From positions 97,342,001 to 97,406,000 of the forward strand of contig NC_058368.1 of assembly GCF_018350175.1 (NCBI RefSeq): a DNA stretch of 64,000 nt, read 5' to 3'. Made by a program: the position numbers and the translations under genes. Of the stretch, positions 37,341 through 50,772 are shown piece after piece. Position 1 is the first letter of the stretch; each line of letters starts with the position of its first letter. Origin of the DNA: Felis catus. Taxonomy: Eukaryota. The notes beneath the pieces are model-generated. The model made no database searches. It saw nothing but the letters and a program-made list of their open reading frames with translations, and was not told where the DNA came from.

Positions 37341-37755
37341 ACATAAGATGGTAGTTTCACAGCAGTTTCTTAAAAGTTAAATATATACCTGCCTTTTTAC
37401 TTCCCCCTAAAAGAAATGAAAACATATGTTCACACAAAAATGTGGATTTAACTGGTCACTGTAGCTTTATTCATAATACTCAAAAACTGAGTTGGGAAAA
37501 ACATGAATATCCATCAATAAACCACTGAATCAACAAAACATGGTACACCCATACTAACAGAAGTGTACAAAACAACAAGAGAATAAAAGTATGAACTTCT
37601 GATACATGCAACAATGTCTTTGAATCTAAGAATCATCATGCTAAGTATGATTCTACACACATAAAATTCTAGAAAATGTTATGACAAAGTGACAAAAAAC
37701 ACATAGGTGTTTGCATGGGGCCAAGGGCAGAAGGGTTGTATAAAAAAGTAGCTCA

Positions 37756-37968
37756 GGGGCACCTGGGTGGCTCAGTCAGTTAAGTGTCTTACTTTGGCTC
37801 AGGACATGATCTCACCGTTTGTGGGTTTGAGCCCCGTGTCAGGGTCTGGGCTGATAGCTCAGAGCCTGGAGACTCCTTTAGATTCTGTCTCGCCTCGGTC
37901 TGCCCCTCCCCCACTCATGCTCTGTCTCTCAAAAATAAATAAATGTTAAAAAAAAATTTTTTTTTAAA
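37756..37968 (+). mobile_element. SINEC
   Basis: Full SINE structure. Confidence 0.9.
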
Positions 37969-38487
37969 AGACAGTAACTCAAGGATACTTTTAGGAGTGA
38001 TGGAAATATCCCACGTATTGATTGTACTGGAAGTTTCACAGAGGTTATACACATGTCAAATCTCATCAAATTGTACCCTTTAAATGGATGTAGTAACTGT
38101 GTATAAATTATGCCTCAGTAATTTTTTTGTAGTCGACACACAATGTTACATTAGTTTCAGGTGTCAAACATAGTGATTTGACATGTCTATTACCATCCGT
38201 CACCATACGCTATTACAATACCATTGAGTACATTCCCTACGCTGACTTTCATCACCATGACTTAGTCATTGTGTAACTGGAAGACTGTACTTCCCATGCC
38301 CCTTCACCCATTTTGCCCATCCCCCACCTCCCTCACCTCTGGCAACCATCAACTTGTTCTCTGTATTCATGAATCTGTTTCTGCTTTTTTGGTTTGTTTA
38401 AGTTTTTTGAAAGCTTAAATTGAGAGGGGACAGATTTAGCAAAATAATTTTTTTCTTATGAGTATATAAGAACAGGAAAGAAAAATT

Positions 38488-39228
38488 TGGCAGTAAAAGG
38501 TAATGAGCGAGTCCTTCCAAATAAAAAACCAATGAAGGGGCACCAGGGTGGCTCAGTAGGTTTAGCATCCAACTCTTGATCTTGGCTCAGGTCATGATCT
38601 CATGGTTCATGAGATCGAGCCCCACGACAGTGCAGAGCCTGCAAGCAAGTGGAGATTTAACAAGGAGAGATTTTATGGAAAGGATTATTTCAAGAAAGGG
38701 AAGGAAAGACCGCAATAGCAAGAACTCATTACCATAAGATTTGCAAGCTTCTCCAGAGTAAAAAGAATTTGTTTTTTTTGGAGGAGGAATAAACAAGGTT
38801 AGAAAGGGGTAGTGTGAGGTAGTGAAGTAAGAATGGGATAGAAAAATTGTTTTTTACTCTGAGGCCAGCCTAATTCTCTGGAGGGGCTGTTAAAGAGGGA
38901 TTGTATACTGGCTCAGGCTGTAGGTGCCTCAAAGCTCAGGGGCCTGGAGGAAAGAAGGAATCTTAACCCGGTGATTAACAAGCATTTTGTTCCCATTGAT
39001 CAGTGGGACAAAACGGTTCAGTGAATCGTTTATGAACGGGAATTTGGAGATCTGTATGTGGCCTTGTCATAGATAAACAACAAAAAAAAAATCGGTTAGT
39101 CTTATCTAACGTGTATGGGAAAGGTGCTGCTTTCCACCAAGCCCCTTCTGGAACACAAAAGGGTGGACAATTTCTTAACCTCCGCTCTTTGGCAGGAGCA
39201 CAGGCTCAGGTAAAATTCAATACTGCCA
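38488..39228 (-). mobile_element. Old ERV1-type LTR with a truncated SINE (38537-38640)
   Basis: gattaacaagcattttgttcccattgatcagtgggaca motif resembles MER4-group LTRs; boundaries approximate. Confidence 0.5.
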
Positions 39229-39556
39229 GTCCCTTCTAGACAAGGCTGTCGTGTTGTACAATTCCAGGCGTCAATTTATTCTGCTCCTTGACAGTAATGC
39301 ATATGAAACTAATAATTAAGGCCACTTAATGGAACAAAATAGATAATTCCTGAACTCATCTAAACCATCATAAAGAATATAACCTCAAAGAGAATATAAA
39401 CTCAATCAATGGGAAAATCATACATTATTCAAATTATGATGTTGAGAAGACTGGATCTTTGGATAAAAAGCAGGTTAGAGTTGCACATGGCATCACAAAC
39501 TAAAAGATACTCAAAAGGTAGCAAACAAGAGCTGAATTTTAAGGTGACATCATCCT

Positions 39557-39888
39557 GGGATGTCCAGCTGGCTCAGTCAGTAGACCACATGACTCTTAAT
39601 CTCAGGGTCTGAGTCCAAGCCCCACTATGGGCATGGAGCCTACTTAAAAATAGATAAATAAACAAATAAACAAATGATATCATCCTGAGGTGCCTGGATG
39701 GCTCAGTTGGAAGACCATGTGTCTCTTGATCTCTGGGTAGTGAATTCAAGCCTCACACTGGGTGTAGAGATTACCTAAAACAAGTAAATAAATAAACTTA
39801 AAAAAATGGTACCATCCTTAATAACTCAGAGAAAATACAGCTTACCATTCAGCTGATATTGATATAAGGAAGGTTTTATATATATATA

Positions 39889-39928
<40 letters not shown>

Positions 39929-40122
39929 TTTATTTATTTATTTTGAAGGAGACAGAGACAGCATGAGTGGTGGAGAAAGAAAGGGGGAGAGAGAATCCCA
40001 ATCAGGCTCTGTGCTGCCAGCTCAGAGCCCAGGGCAGAGCCTGAACTCACAGAACTGCAAGATCATGGCCTGAGGCGAAACAAGAGTCAGACACTTAACC
40101 GAGTGAGCCACCCAGGCACCCC
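39557..40122. mobile_element. Two short tRNA-head SINEs (39557-39670, 39687-39805), (TA)n 39868-39925 and minus SINEC 39926-40122
   Basis: A/B-box-like heads without CT tract; TA microsatellite; reverse SINE body. Confidence 0.82.
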
Positions 40123-41875
40123 ATAAGGAAGGTCTTTGTAAGCATAAGGGCAGTACCACAAAAGCATATATGATACGTGTTCATATGGTTACATGAAACC
40201 GTAAAACATTTGCAAGCCAAAAACAGTTTAATAAAATTTTTGGAAATGTAACAAAATCCACTATTGCCTTCAAACCCATAAAGAAGGGCCATTTGCCTTT
40301 AACTTAGATGTAATTACTGACAGGAGGGAAGGAAAGATTTGGAGGGGTTATATCATGAAACCACTGAGTGCAGACCTGGTAATCAGCCAATATGCATAAA
40401 TACAGCCATATCCTTTATTAAAATGCTGGCTTATCATATCTGCTGCTGGGAGTCCCACCTTCCCGACTCTTGATCCAGCCCCCAGAGAGGTAAATTTGGC
40501 ACTCTAGGAGGCCTCTGGGACCCACAGCCAGCCTGCTGATTGCATCTTTTCTGAATGGACAATCGGGCCCTAGGTGGTACTGATTATTAAATATTTTAAT
40601 ATCACCCTTGAGTGTATACATATCGTCCCAAAGCATTGTTACTAGCAGTAGGAAGAAGCATCTCCCTCCCTCCCCTACTGACCTACAACTGTGTTAAATG
40701 AGTTTACCTCAGCCTTTGCCTGGAAGAATGACAGAGAAAATTATTAACTAAAAATGTCTAATATAAGAAGATTAAGATAGCATCCAAGAAAATAATTATC
40801 TGGAATGCTAAATAAAGCACTTGTCAATGAGGGTGGAAAATGGAGAGAAAGCAAGAGAAAAGCAAAGTTCAAAGAAGATGGATGGGGAGACCCCACAAAA
40901 GACGATGAAGGATAAATCCCCATGTGTCTCTGGGAACAGCCACTACCTGCCCCGCCCACTGCCCCCATCAGGGATTTCCAAAGTTGGCATCTATGGTCTG
41001 GGCTTATGGATGTCCTTTCCTATGCTCAACTACCAAAGGGCATAAAGATCTCAACCTTGAAATTCCTTAAGAAACAAACTACCTCCTGACAGCTTTGGTT
41101 CCCAGAGAACATCTGGGTCTAATACATCATCTGTTGGCAATTCCTAGTTTGTGCTCCTAACTAGAAGTCATATGTCCCCATCCCAACTCTCTCGTTTACA
41201 TTTTTCTTTGTTTTGAAATACACTGTAGAGGGATATGGGAACTTTTTTCTTAAAAGCATCCTGACAGTTATCTTTTGCTCTTCATCCTTAAATATACTTG
41301 AGGGCAAATGTTGCAAAAGTAATTATTAAGAAACATCTGGTTTTAAAGTTGAAGTTTTATAATCACTATCTGGTGTCAGAATCCTTGAGCAGAGAGGATA
41401 CATTTTGCTCATCAGCTTTCCCCAAAGCAATAACCCTGTATGTGAGCTCCTCTAGTAACCTGCAAGGACCTTGAGCTCAAGATCTGTGCCTTTACTCATC
41501 CTTTCTTTGATGTCATGAACCAGGAGCCTCAAAATGGTGCTAGAATTCAGCCTGGGATGAAAATATAGAGACAGAAACCATCATCACAGAATTGTGCAAT
41601 TCTGGAACCACTGGCCTCCTCAAAGATAACCTTCTATAACTCACTCATATTATAGCTAAGGGAATAGGACCAGATATTTTAAGTTACCAATGAAAGATCT
41701 GGCTGCAAGGCAGTGCTTGATAGAGCCAGGTCCCTGCTTCCTTCCAGGTATTTTCTTAAAAACATCAACTAAATAATTAGGGGAAATCAGACTGTCATAG
41801 ACTAATCATTCCAGGATAGACAGGACACAGGACTTACCCATCTGCTGTAGATTTAGGCAGTCAAATGTGAATATC

Positions 41876-42730
41876 TTTTTTTTTTTAATGTTTTTATTTC
41901 TTTTTGAGAGAGAGAGAGAGACAGAGTGAAAGCGGGGAAGGGGCAGAGAGAGAGGGAGACACAGAATCCAAAACAGGTTCCAGGTTCTGAGCCGTCAGCA
42001 CAGAGCCTGACCTAGGGCTTGAACTCATGAACCGTGAGATCATGACCTGACCTAAAGTTGGATGCTTAACTGACTAAGCCACCCAGGCACCCTAAATTAA
42101 TTTAATTTAATTAGGCAACTAGGGAATTCTGAATGAGGTCTATAGATTAGATAACACTATTAAATCAATGTTCATTTTCTTGTTTTAAAAAGTGTATGTG
42201 GTTGGGGCCCCCAGGTGGCTCAGTTGGTTAAGCGTCTGACTTCGGCTCAGGTCATGATGTCATGGTTCTTGGGTTTGAGCTTCACGTCAGGCTCTGTGCT
42301 GACAGCTCAGAGTCTGGAGCCTGCTTCAGATTCTGTCTTCCTCTCTTTCTGCCCTTCCCCGATTCATACTCTGTCTCTCCCTCTCTCTCTCAAAAATAAA
42401 CATTAAGAAAAACTGTATGTGGTTGTATAAGAGAATATCCTTGTAGTGGGGAATTACACACTGAAGTATAACAGCATGAGACATCATGTCTGCAACTTAC
42501 TCTTAAATGGTTAAAAAAATGGGTTTGTGGGGGCGCCTGAGTGGCTCAGTCTGACTTGTGCTCAGGTCATGATCTCATGGTTTGTGAGTTCGAGCCTTGC
42601 ATTGGGTTCTGTGTTGACAGCTCAGAGCCTGGAGCCTGCTTCGGATTCTGTGTCTCCCTCTTTTTGCCCCTCCCCTGCTTGCGCTCTCTCTCTCTCTCTC
42701 TCTCAAAAATAATTAGACATTAAAAGAAAA
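41876..42730. mobile_element. Three SINECs (minus 41876-42092, plus 42204-42410, plus 42529-42730) in an old L1 3' fragment
   Basis: Recognisable SINE bodies. Confidence 0.87.
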
Positions 42731-42789
42731 ATGTGTTTGTGTAGGTGGAGTGAGAGGGAGGAGGAGAGAGAGACACAGACATGACTTGG

Positions 42790-43150
42790 ACCAAAATGAT
42801 AAGAGAGAGATGACAAGAAATGCACAGATTAAGGATGTGTTTTGCAAGTAAAGTCAAAATATTGGCTGATGGTTTAGATATACAGACTGAAGGGGGAAAA
42901 TCATGGGAAACTCACAGGTTTTTGGTCAGAGCAACTGAGTGATGATGGTGTCATCAATTCAGATAAGGAGGACTGGGGTGATAAACGAGTTTAGGGGAGA
43001 TGGGTACCAAAATAGAGTGCCCAAAATTCTGTTTTGTCCGTGCCGCATTTCAAGCACCATCACTGCAGTTAGAGATCTCTAGTGTGCAGTTGGATAGAAG
43101 AATCCGGAATATTAGGGAGAGGGCAAGGTTGGAAACACAGGTTTGAAATT
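42790..43150 (-). mobile_element. L2 fragment
   Basis: caggtttttggtcagagcaactgagtg...gtgcagttggata motifs. Confidence 0.6.
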
Positions 43151-43854
43151 AATGCTGATACCATTAAATGTACTTTTGTTTAAAAAAAAAAGAGAGAGAG
43201 AGAGAGAGAGATTCAACTATACCTTAGGAATACCAGGCGTTTATCTGATTTCAGAAGCAGAAGCAAATAAAATGAGCTATCACTGTACTTTTTATAGCTT
43301 TTACTACAGCTAGCTTCAGGATATCTTCTGAAAACCCTTTGTGTTGTATATTTCCAAATGGTAGGAAACATCGGTGCTTCTAATATCTGTTTTCAGTTTA
43401 TTGTTCATGGGGGTAGGACTGGTGGAGAAACGAATGGGAAACATATGAACAGGGAAAAATTGTGGTATTTCTCAAAACAAATGTGAGTCATTGAACTAGC
43501 ATATAAATGACTTAACAGAAATAGAATGCTAAAATAAAGACGCTTTGAATTTCATTATACTACCAACCTCAAAATTCCTGCAAAGATGAACACGAGGTAG
43601 CCTCGCCAATTGACATACTCCTTTGAACAGTTTGAAACAGCAGCAGGACGTTGAATTTCCTGCTAAAGCAGATGGTACTCTAGCAAAGCCCTGGTTTTAT
43701 TTCTGAAACTACAACTTATGTTTAATATAGCACTTTTACCAATATTATTGCATTTTGTTCTTCCCTCCATCATGACAAGGTAAAGAAGAGATATACATAT
43801 ATACACACATATGCATATATATATACATACATATGTATATATCTATCTATGTAT

Positions 43855-43996
43855 TTTTAGCATTTATTTATTTATTTTGAGAGAGAGAGAGAGGCAGAGA
43901 GAGAGGGAGAGAGAGAGAATCCCCCTCACGAACTATGAGATCATGACCCGAGCCAAAGTCAAGAGTCAGACGCTTAACTAAGCCACCCAGGCACCC
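43855..43996 (-). mobile_element. Deleted SINEC, followed by a MIR-like fragment to ~44150
   Basis: Reverse SINE lacking its middle; tgacagataaggaaa MIR core-like motif. Confidence 0.75.
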
Positions 43997-44626
43997 CAAG
44001 AAGATACATATATTATTGTCTCTGTTTGACAGATAAGGAAAAATGACAGCCTTGGAAAATGAAGTGGCTTGTCTAAATGAACATGGATATTTTAAGTGGT
44101 AAGACTCTGCTTAAAAGCCAGATCTTCTAACTCTGGGACTGATTCTCTTTCTCAGATACCATGAAGACTCTTTCATTTTTTCTATACTGCTGAGTGGGCA
44201 TTTATTAATAATATACCCAATTTCATAGTATACCAAGCTGAGATAACTCAGAGTAAAACAAATGCTTTGACATCATGAAACTAGATCAGAAAGAGCTAAA
44301 ATAAGAATTTGTATTTCCTGAGTTGCTGTTTCTCAACTAATCCATTAAACATTCACTAATCATTCAAGTAGAGATGTTCACCACTGTAAATCATTGTCTC
44401 TTCAACCTAAATACCTTGAGCTAAAACCCATGAGCAAAACAGGCCTGGCACAAATTCTCAGAATGCCTCTAGTTAACAGTTTCTTAACCGCTTTTACTAT
44501 GTTTTTTCAAGCTTACAAAGATGTAATGGTTACATTATACAAGCAACATGCATGTTTTAAAAACCCTTCTGCAGAAGGAAGTTTAAAAAATCACAAAACT
44601 GCTGAAGAAGATGTGGTTATTGCCAA

Positions 44627-44627
<1 letters not shown>

Positions 44628-44655
<28 letters not shown>
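44628..44655 (+). repeat. (AAT)n microsatellite
   Basis: About 9 units. Confidence 0.9.
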
Positions 44656-44657
<2 letters not shown>

Positions 44658-44911
44658 TTACAATATCAGATGTTAGAATGCTTGAGTAGACTCACTCTGG
44701 CAGTCACACATGGGAAATCGCACATTTTACATTTTGGAGACATGTTATACACAAAGCCCCTATTCAGTGAAAATGCCGTTACATGAACATACGACGAATG
44801 ATTTATTTTGTTTATTTTAGAAGAAGTGTGAGTGTAGTTTAAGACTAGCCTTGAAAATCTCAAGTTGAAATGTTCTGTATGTATCATGTTTCTCTTCTAA
44901 AATCTCTTCTC

Positions 44912-44950
<39 letters not shown>

Positions 44951-45680
44951 TAAAAATGATTCATTCTTGCATTCAGAAACTACAGCTTCTGAATGCAAAC
45001 TCCAGAATTAGAATTCAATATGGTACCATATCAGCTGACAACAATTAATTTGGGCCTGAGGCATATGGTTATAGTCTCGATTAACTGGTTACTTGTCCTG
45101 GAGTACTGCTACACTAAAAACACAACTTGTTACATAAAACAGGTCACAAGTTGAAAACCAAAAAGATTTATACTCTTCTGTATATATATTTAGCCAAACC
45201 AGGATCTTTCTAAGACAATATAATCCATGATGTGAAAGATGAGTGGTGTATGTAATAGAAAATAGTCCATATCTCCACAAAGGGATCTAGAACACACATT
45301 TTAGTAGGGTACAAATATTTGACATTCCAAGAGCTCATGAGTCCTAAAAAAAAAAGATGAATTTATATTATGAATATGGAAGATCCAACTAGATAAGAGG
45401 TAAGTTTGATATTCTGGTTCCTAACTGCAGTATTTTCAAACCAAAGATCTTCATGAATAGTCTGAAATTAGTCCTGTTCCAGATAATTCATATAGCCTGG
45501 CTAGCCCCATTCTAGCTCTTACTCCAGTTTCCTGCCCCCATATCCCCAATCCTCTTTACTTAGACAGAAGCTCTGGTTCCTTGCCTGGCTCCAAGCTTTG
45601 GGTCTTCCCTTCAGTAGGACAGACAGTTCAGAAGTTCTTTTCATTATGCTTTTCCGTGTTTTCTTTTTATTTAAAAATAA

Positions 45681-45890
45681 TTTTTTTAATGTTTATTTAT
45701 TTTTGACAGAGAGAGAGACAGAGCATGAGCAGGGAAGGGGCAGAGAGAGAGGGAGACACAGAATCCAAAGCAGGCTCTAGACTCTGAGCTGTCAGCACAG
45801 AGCCCCACGTGGGGCTCGAACTGTCAGACCGTGAAATCATGACCTGAGCCAAAGTCGGCCGCTCAACTGACTGAGCCACCCAGGCACCCC
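45681..45890 (-). mobile_element. SINEC
   Basis: TSD tgcttttc(c/t)gtgttttct. Confidence 0.9.
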
Positions 45891-45945
45891 TGCTTTTCTG
45901 TGTTTTCTAAATAAGCAATTAAAAATCAGTTTTTAAGAAGCAATA

Positions 45946-46461
45946 CTTTTTTTTTCTTTTCAAATATTTGTTTAAATTCTAGTTTGTTAACATACACTGC
46001 AATGTTGGTTTCAGGAGTAGAAATCAGTGATTCGTCACTTACATACAACACCCAGTGCTCATCCCAACAAGTGCCCTCCTTAGTACCCACCATCCATGTA
46101 GCCCGCTCCCCACTCATCCCCTCCCTTCCATCAACACTCTATCATTGAGTCTCTTATGCTTTGTTTCCACCCTCTCTCTTTGTTTATTGCAGCTTTATCA
46201 AAAATAGCCAAACTATGGAAAGAGCCCAAATGTCCATCAATTGATAAATGGATAAAGAAGATGTGGTATATGTACCCAGTGGAATATTATTCGGCAAACA
46301 AAAAGAATGAAATCTTGCCATTTGCAGTGAAGTGGATGGAGCTAGAGTGTATTATACTAAGCAAAATAAGTCAGCCAGAGAAAGACAAACACCATATGGT
46401 TTCACTCATATGTGGAATTGAAGAAACAAAAACAGATGAACATATGGAAGGGGAAAAAAAG
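45946..46461 (-). mobile_element. 5'-inverted (twin-primed) L1
   Basis: Minus-strand 3' end 45946-46180 joined to plus-strand upstream segment 46181-46461; TSD aagaagcaata. Confidence 0.88.
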
Positions 46462-46927
46462 AAGAAGCAATAAAAATATTTTTAAGGGATTTAAGGATCA
46501 CTGGTTCAGCATGCAAAGGATTCAGCAATAAGTGAAGCCTGTTTTCAGGCTGTTTGCCATTGTTGCCTCCCAGTTCCAAATTCCTGGGAGTGATCACCAC
46601 CCTCAGACCCTAGGTGTTATTCCCTCTACTATCACAGAGGGCTTGGGGCCCTCCAATGAGTCTGGTTCTTGCCACTCTCATCCCTGCAACTGGGACCCTG
46701 TTAACTGCTGGCTTATTTCCCTCATACTGCGTGGCATAACAAACCCTTAGGCCACTCCTTTTATATCTGGTTGTGCCTTCCTGATGGTGATCGCTTTCCT
46801 GGCTCACCATGATTACCTGTCCCCACAGACCAAGTTCTGTAAGTCTCAGGGAGATAAGAAACTGATGACCCATAGGGCAAATTTGGCCTTCTAACGTAAT
46901 TGGTATGGCATACTAGATATTTGCAAT

Positions 46928-46973
46928 TTTTTTAAGTTTACTCATTTTGAGAGAGCACAAGTGAGGCAGGGGT

Positions 46974-47010
<37 letters not shown>

Positions 47011-47297
47011 ATCCCAAGCAGGTACCACACCGCACACTATCAGTGCAGAGCCTGACGTGGGGCTCGAGCTCACAACCATGAGATCATGACCTGAGCTGAA
47101 ATCAAGGGTCAGATGTTCAACAGACAGAGCCACCCAGGTGCCCCTGCAATTTAAAAATGTGAATGTCAGGGCACTTGGGTGGCTCAGTTGGTTAAGCGTC
47201 CAACTTCAGGTCAAGTCATGATCTCACGGCTTGTGAGTTCAAGCCTGCTTCTGATGCCGTGTCCCTCTTTTGCTCTGCTCCTCCCCTACTCATGCGC

Positions 47298-47377
<80 letters not shown>

Positions 47378-47563
47378 TTCTATCTATCTCAAGAATAAAT
47401 AAACTTAAAAAAATTGTTTTTAAATATGAATGTCTTGGGGGCACCTGGGTGGCTCAGTAGGTTGAGCATCCGACTCCTGGTTTTGGCTCAGGTCATGATT
47501 TCACAGTTCATGAGTTTGAGCCCCACACTGGGCTCTGTGCTGGCAGCGAGCAGCCTGCTTGGG

Positions 47564-47613
<50 letters not shown>

Positions 47614-47670
47614 CCCCTCTGCCCTTCCTCTGCTTTCATGTGCTCTCTCTAAAAGAAAAAAAAAAAAAAA
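46928..47670. mobile_element. SINE cluster: minus 46928-47144, plus 47168-47412 with (CT)n(AT)n, plus 47437-47670
   Basis: SINE bodies; gaatgtc target present three times. Confidence 0.88.
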
Positions 47671-48658
47671 GAATGTCCTTAGGCCTAGAAGATGTTCTCC
47701 AGTTTGCCATAGTCTCTGTCACTCCCTATTGTATTATACCAACCCCTTTATTAATTTGCTCACATGCCTGGGACTTGGAGCCATTTGAATTAGAGACCTA
47801 GAGAGAGAGCCCCTCCACTGACCCAACAAAGCTCTCATCAACATCTCAGCTGGTTCTGTTTACCCCGTACCTCAACAGAATGTCTAATTTCAAGTCTCAA
47901 TTTCTCCTATTCTTTCTGGCTCCATTGATTTCAGCAAGCCCTTTTGTGAAATGAGGACACATCTGAGATGCCAAGAAAGAGGGGGACTAGGGGGCGATAC
48001 TTGGATCCACTCAAAAATTACTGCCTTAAGTCCTACATCCCTCCAAATGATATTTGCACTGTGAAGAAATCTGAAAACAAACTCACCAGAAGAGGGAAGC
48101 AAAGAACAGCCCAGATGTGTGTGAAGATGCACATCTGATGTGTGCTGATGTGAAGGGTAACTGTACTTTTTTGATGAGTTAACAGCAACTACCACAAAGA
48201 TGGATGCATGTCCATTGCCCAACCTCTCCATGTGTGGTAGGCATCTCCACAAAGCACACCCGGTCCTATGCCCACAATAACCAGGGATTCACATTCCCTG
48301 CAGTCTATGGGGAATTTGTGGGATTTGGGGAAGCATTTCATATCCATTTGGGGGAGATTTGGAGGGGAAAAGAGTCAGGATAGGTGGAACAAAATGAAGT
48401 CAGATGGCAGAAAAGGCAAGCAAGGAAGCATGAGTGGAAGAAGAAGGAAGGGAGGCAGGGAGGCAAATTAACAATTTATTTAGCATATACCAAGTACCAA
48501 GTAAGTACTTAATGCTTTTATAGACATCATCTCATCTCATGTAATACTCACACCATTTCTTAGGTTCAGAGAGTTAAGGATTTATGCTAGGTCATAGGGG
48601 AATGAAAGAACAAAGTCACAATGTGAAACCAAATCTGTGACTCAGAAGTCCTTGTCCT

Positions 48659-49108
48659 GGGGCACCTGGGTGGTTCAGTTGGTTAAGCATCCAACTCTTG
48701 ATCTCAGCTCAGGTCATGATCTCGCATTTTGTAGGTTCAAGCCCCACATCAGGTTCTGCGCTGATGGTGCAGAGCCTGGGATTCTCAGTCTCCCCCTCTC
48801 CCTCTGTGCCTCCTATGCATTCTCTCTCTCTCTCTCTCTCTCTCTCAAGATAAAAAAATAAACTTAAAAAAAAAACTTTGTCCTTTTCACGAAACAAAAG
48901 TCAAAGGTGATTCATTTTATTTATGTATTTTTTAATATTTATTTATTTTGGGGCAGGGGAAGGGCAGAGAGAGAGGTGGACAGAGGATCTACAGTGGTCT
49001 CTGTGCTAACAGCAGCAAGTCTGACATGGGGCTCGAACTCAGGAATCGTGAGATCGTGACCTGAGCCGAGGTCAGAAGCTCAACCGACAGAGCCACCCAG
49101 GTGCCCCC
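48659..49108. mobile_element. Tail-to-tail SINECs (plus 48659-48874, minus 48920-49108)
   Basis: SINE bodies; second has TSD ggtgattcattttattta. Confidence 0.88.
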
Positions 49109-50334
49109 AGGGGTGATTCATTTTATTTAACCTGTGCAGCAAATGTGTACATGGGTTGAATAAATCTAACTTTCAAAACAGTCCTGTGAGATAAGCATTG
49201 TTTTTTTTTTTTTCATTTTTTACAGAAAAGGAAACTAAAGGTCAAAGAAGTTAAATATCATACTGAAGGCCAAGGGTGTTCACGACCATCAGACTATCCT
49301 TTGCTGCATACCACAGGCAGAAGGGTCCCCCATTCTCTGAGCATCTTGCAAAGAGGTGAGCTAGGTAGGGCCAGGGTGCAACTGGATATGTAACAGGGCT
49401 GTGCTTCAACAGAGGGACCCCACCCCCTGGTGCTCTCCCTTTTAGAAGGCAGGATAAGACTGGACATCTAAGCAAGGGACAGAAAGCCTGGGCTTGAGCA
49501 TTAAATGGTCTGAGCTTGGGAGCCAGTTGTCTGTGAACACTAGTTGTAGCTCACCCTGGAAGTTGTTCTTCCCACTGGAGACAAAGGAAACCACTGGTGT
49601 CACAAGAAGTTGTTTCGGACATAGCCCCTTCCGCTGCTAAGAGGAGAGGCATCCCTGTTCCAGCTGGTTCCTCTAAACAACCCAGAAAGAACTTGTAGAA
49701 CCTTTTATTGGACAATCCAGCTTCTCTTTACTCATTCACCAAAAATAGTGGCAGAGACAGGACTGCAATTCAGGTCTTTTGACTTCAGAAGCCAGGTAGG
49801 GGTTGGACAGGAAGCCCTTGTTGAGTGAAGGTGACAGTCAAATCCAATGGTCATGGCAAACTTGGGGTTGTGTCACATGACTTATTTGTGTTTTCGTGTG
49901 TTCAAATGGCAGGTGACAGTCAGGTGGGTAAATGCCAGCATCCTGGTTCCAAGTGATGGATCCACTCACAACACGCCAGGCAGAGCTAAGGGTTTGAGGA
50001 AGATGTATACCTCAGGGAATCACAAAGCAAGCCACAGGAAACCTTTTCCATTAAACTCATTAGCTGAATTAAAGGACAGCTTCATAAAGAATCTACTCTT
50101 TGTTCTTCACCAGAAAGATTCCTTATGAAGAAATTTTTTTGTACAAATACAGAAGATCAAAGGGCATTTCTACTTTAAGAGCTCTGGATCTTTCCTACTA
50201 ATTTATAATATCGTTTTTGTTTGTAAAATACACTGCATGTAAGGACTCCTACCATGAGTACTTTCATGAATAACTACCCCATGTATTTTTTTTTAATTTC
50301 CAGTTAATTTTTAACTACAATTCGTTTTTATTTA

Positions 50335-50772
50335 TTTTTTAATGTTTATTATTTTTTAACATTTATTTATTTTTGAGAGAGAGAAAGAGAGCATGTGCAC
50401 AAGACAGGGAGGGACAGAATCTGAAGTGGGCTCCAGACTCTGAGCTGTCAGCACAGGGCCCAAGGGAGGTCTCCAACTCACAAGCCATGAGATCATGACT
50501 TGAGCCGAAGTCAGTCGCTTAACCGAGTCACCCAGGCACCCCTGTAATTCATTTTTTTTTTAATTTTTTAACGTTTATTTTTGAGAGAGCAAGAGAGAGC
50601 GCGCGTGCAAAAGGGGGAGGGGCAGACAGAGAGGGAGACACAGAATCCTAAGCAGGCTCTGCGCTCTGGGTTGCCATCACAGAGCCCAATGGGGGGCTTG
50701 AACCCATGAACTGTGAGATCATGACCTGAGCTGAAGTCAGATGCTTAGCCGACTGAGCCACCAAGGCACCCT
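50335..50772 (-). mobile_element. Two tandem SINECs (50335-50542, 50552-50772)
   Basis: Reverse SINE bodies separated by aattcatttt repeats. Confidence 0.88.

Noticed and set aside
39557..39805. tRNA genes (also 15332-15438)
   Set aside because: tRNA-like heads are degenerate and followed by A-rich tails, so they are short SINEs.
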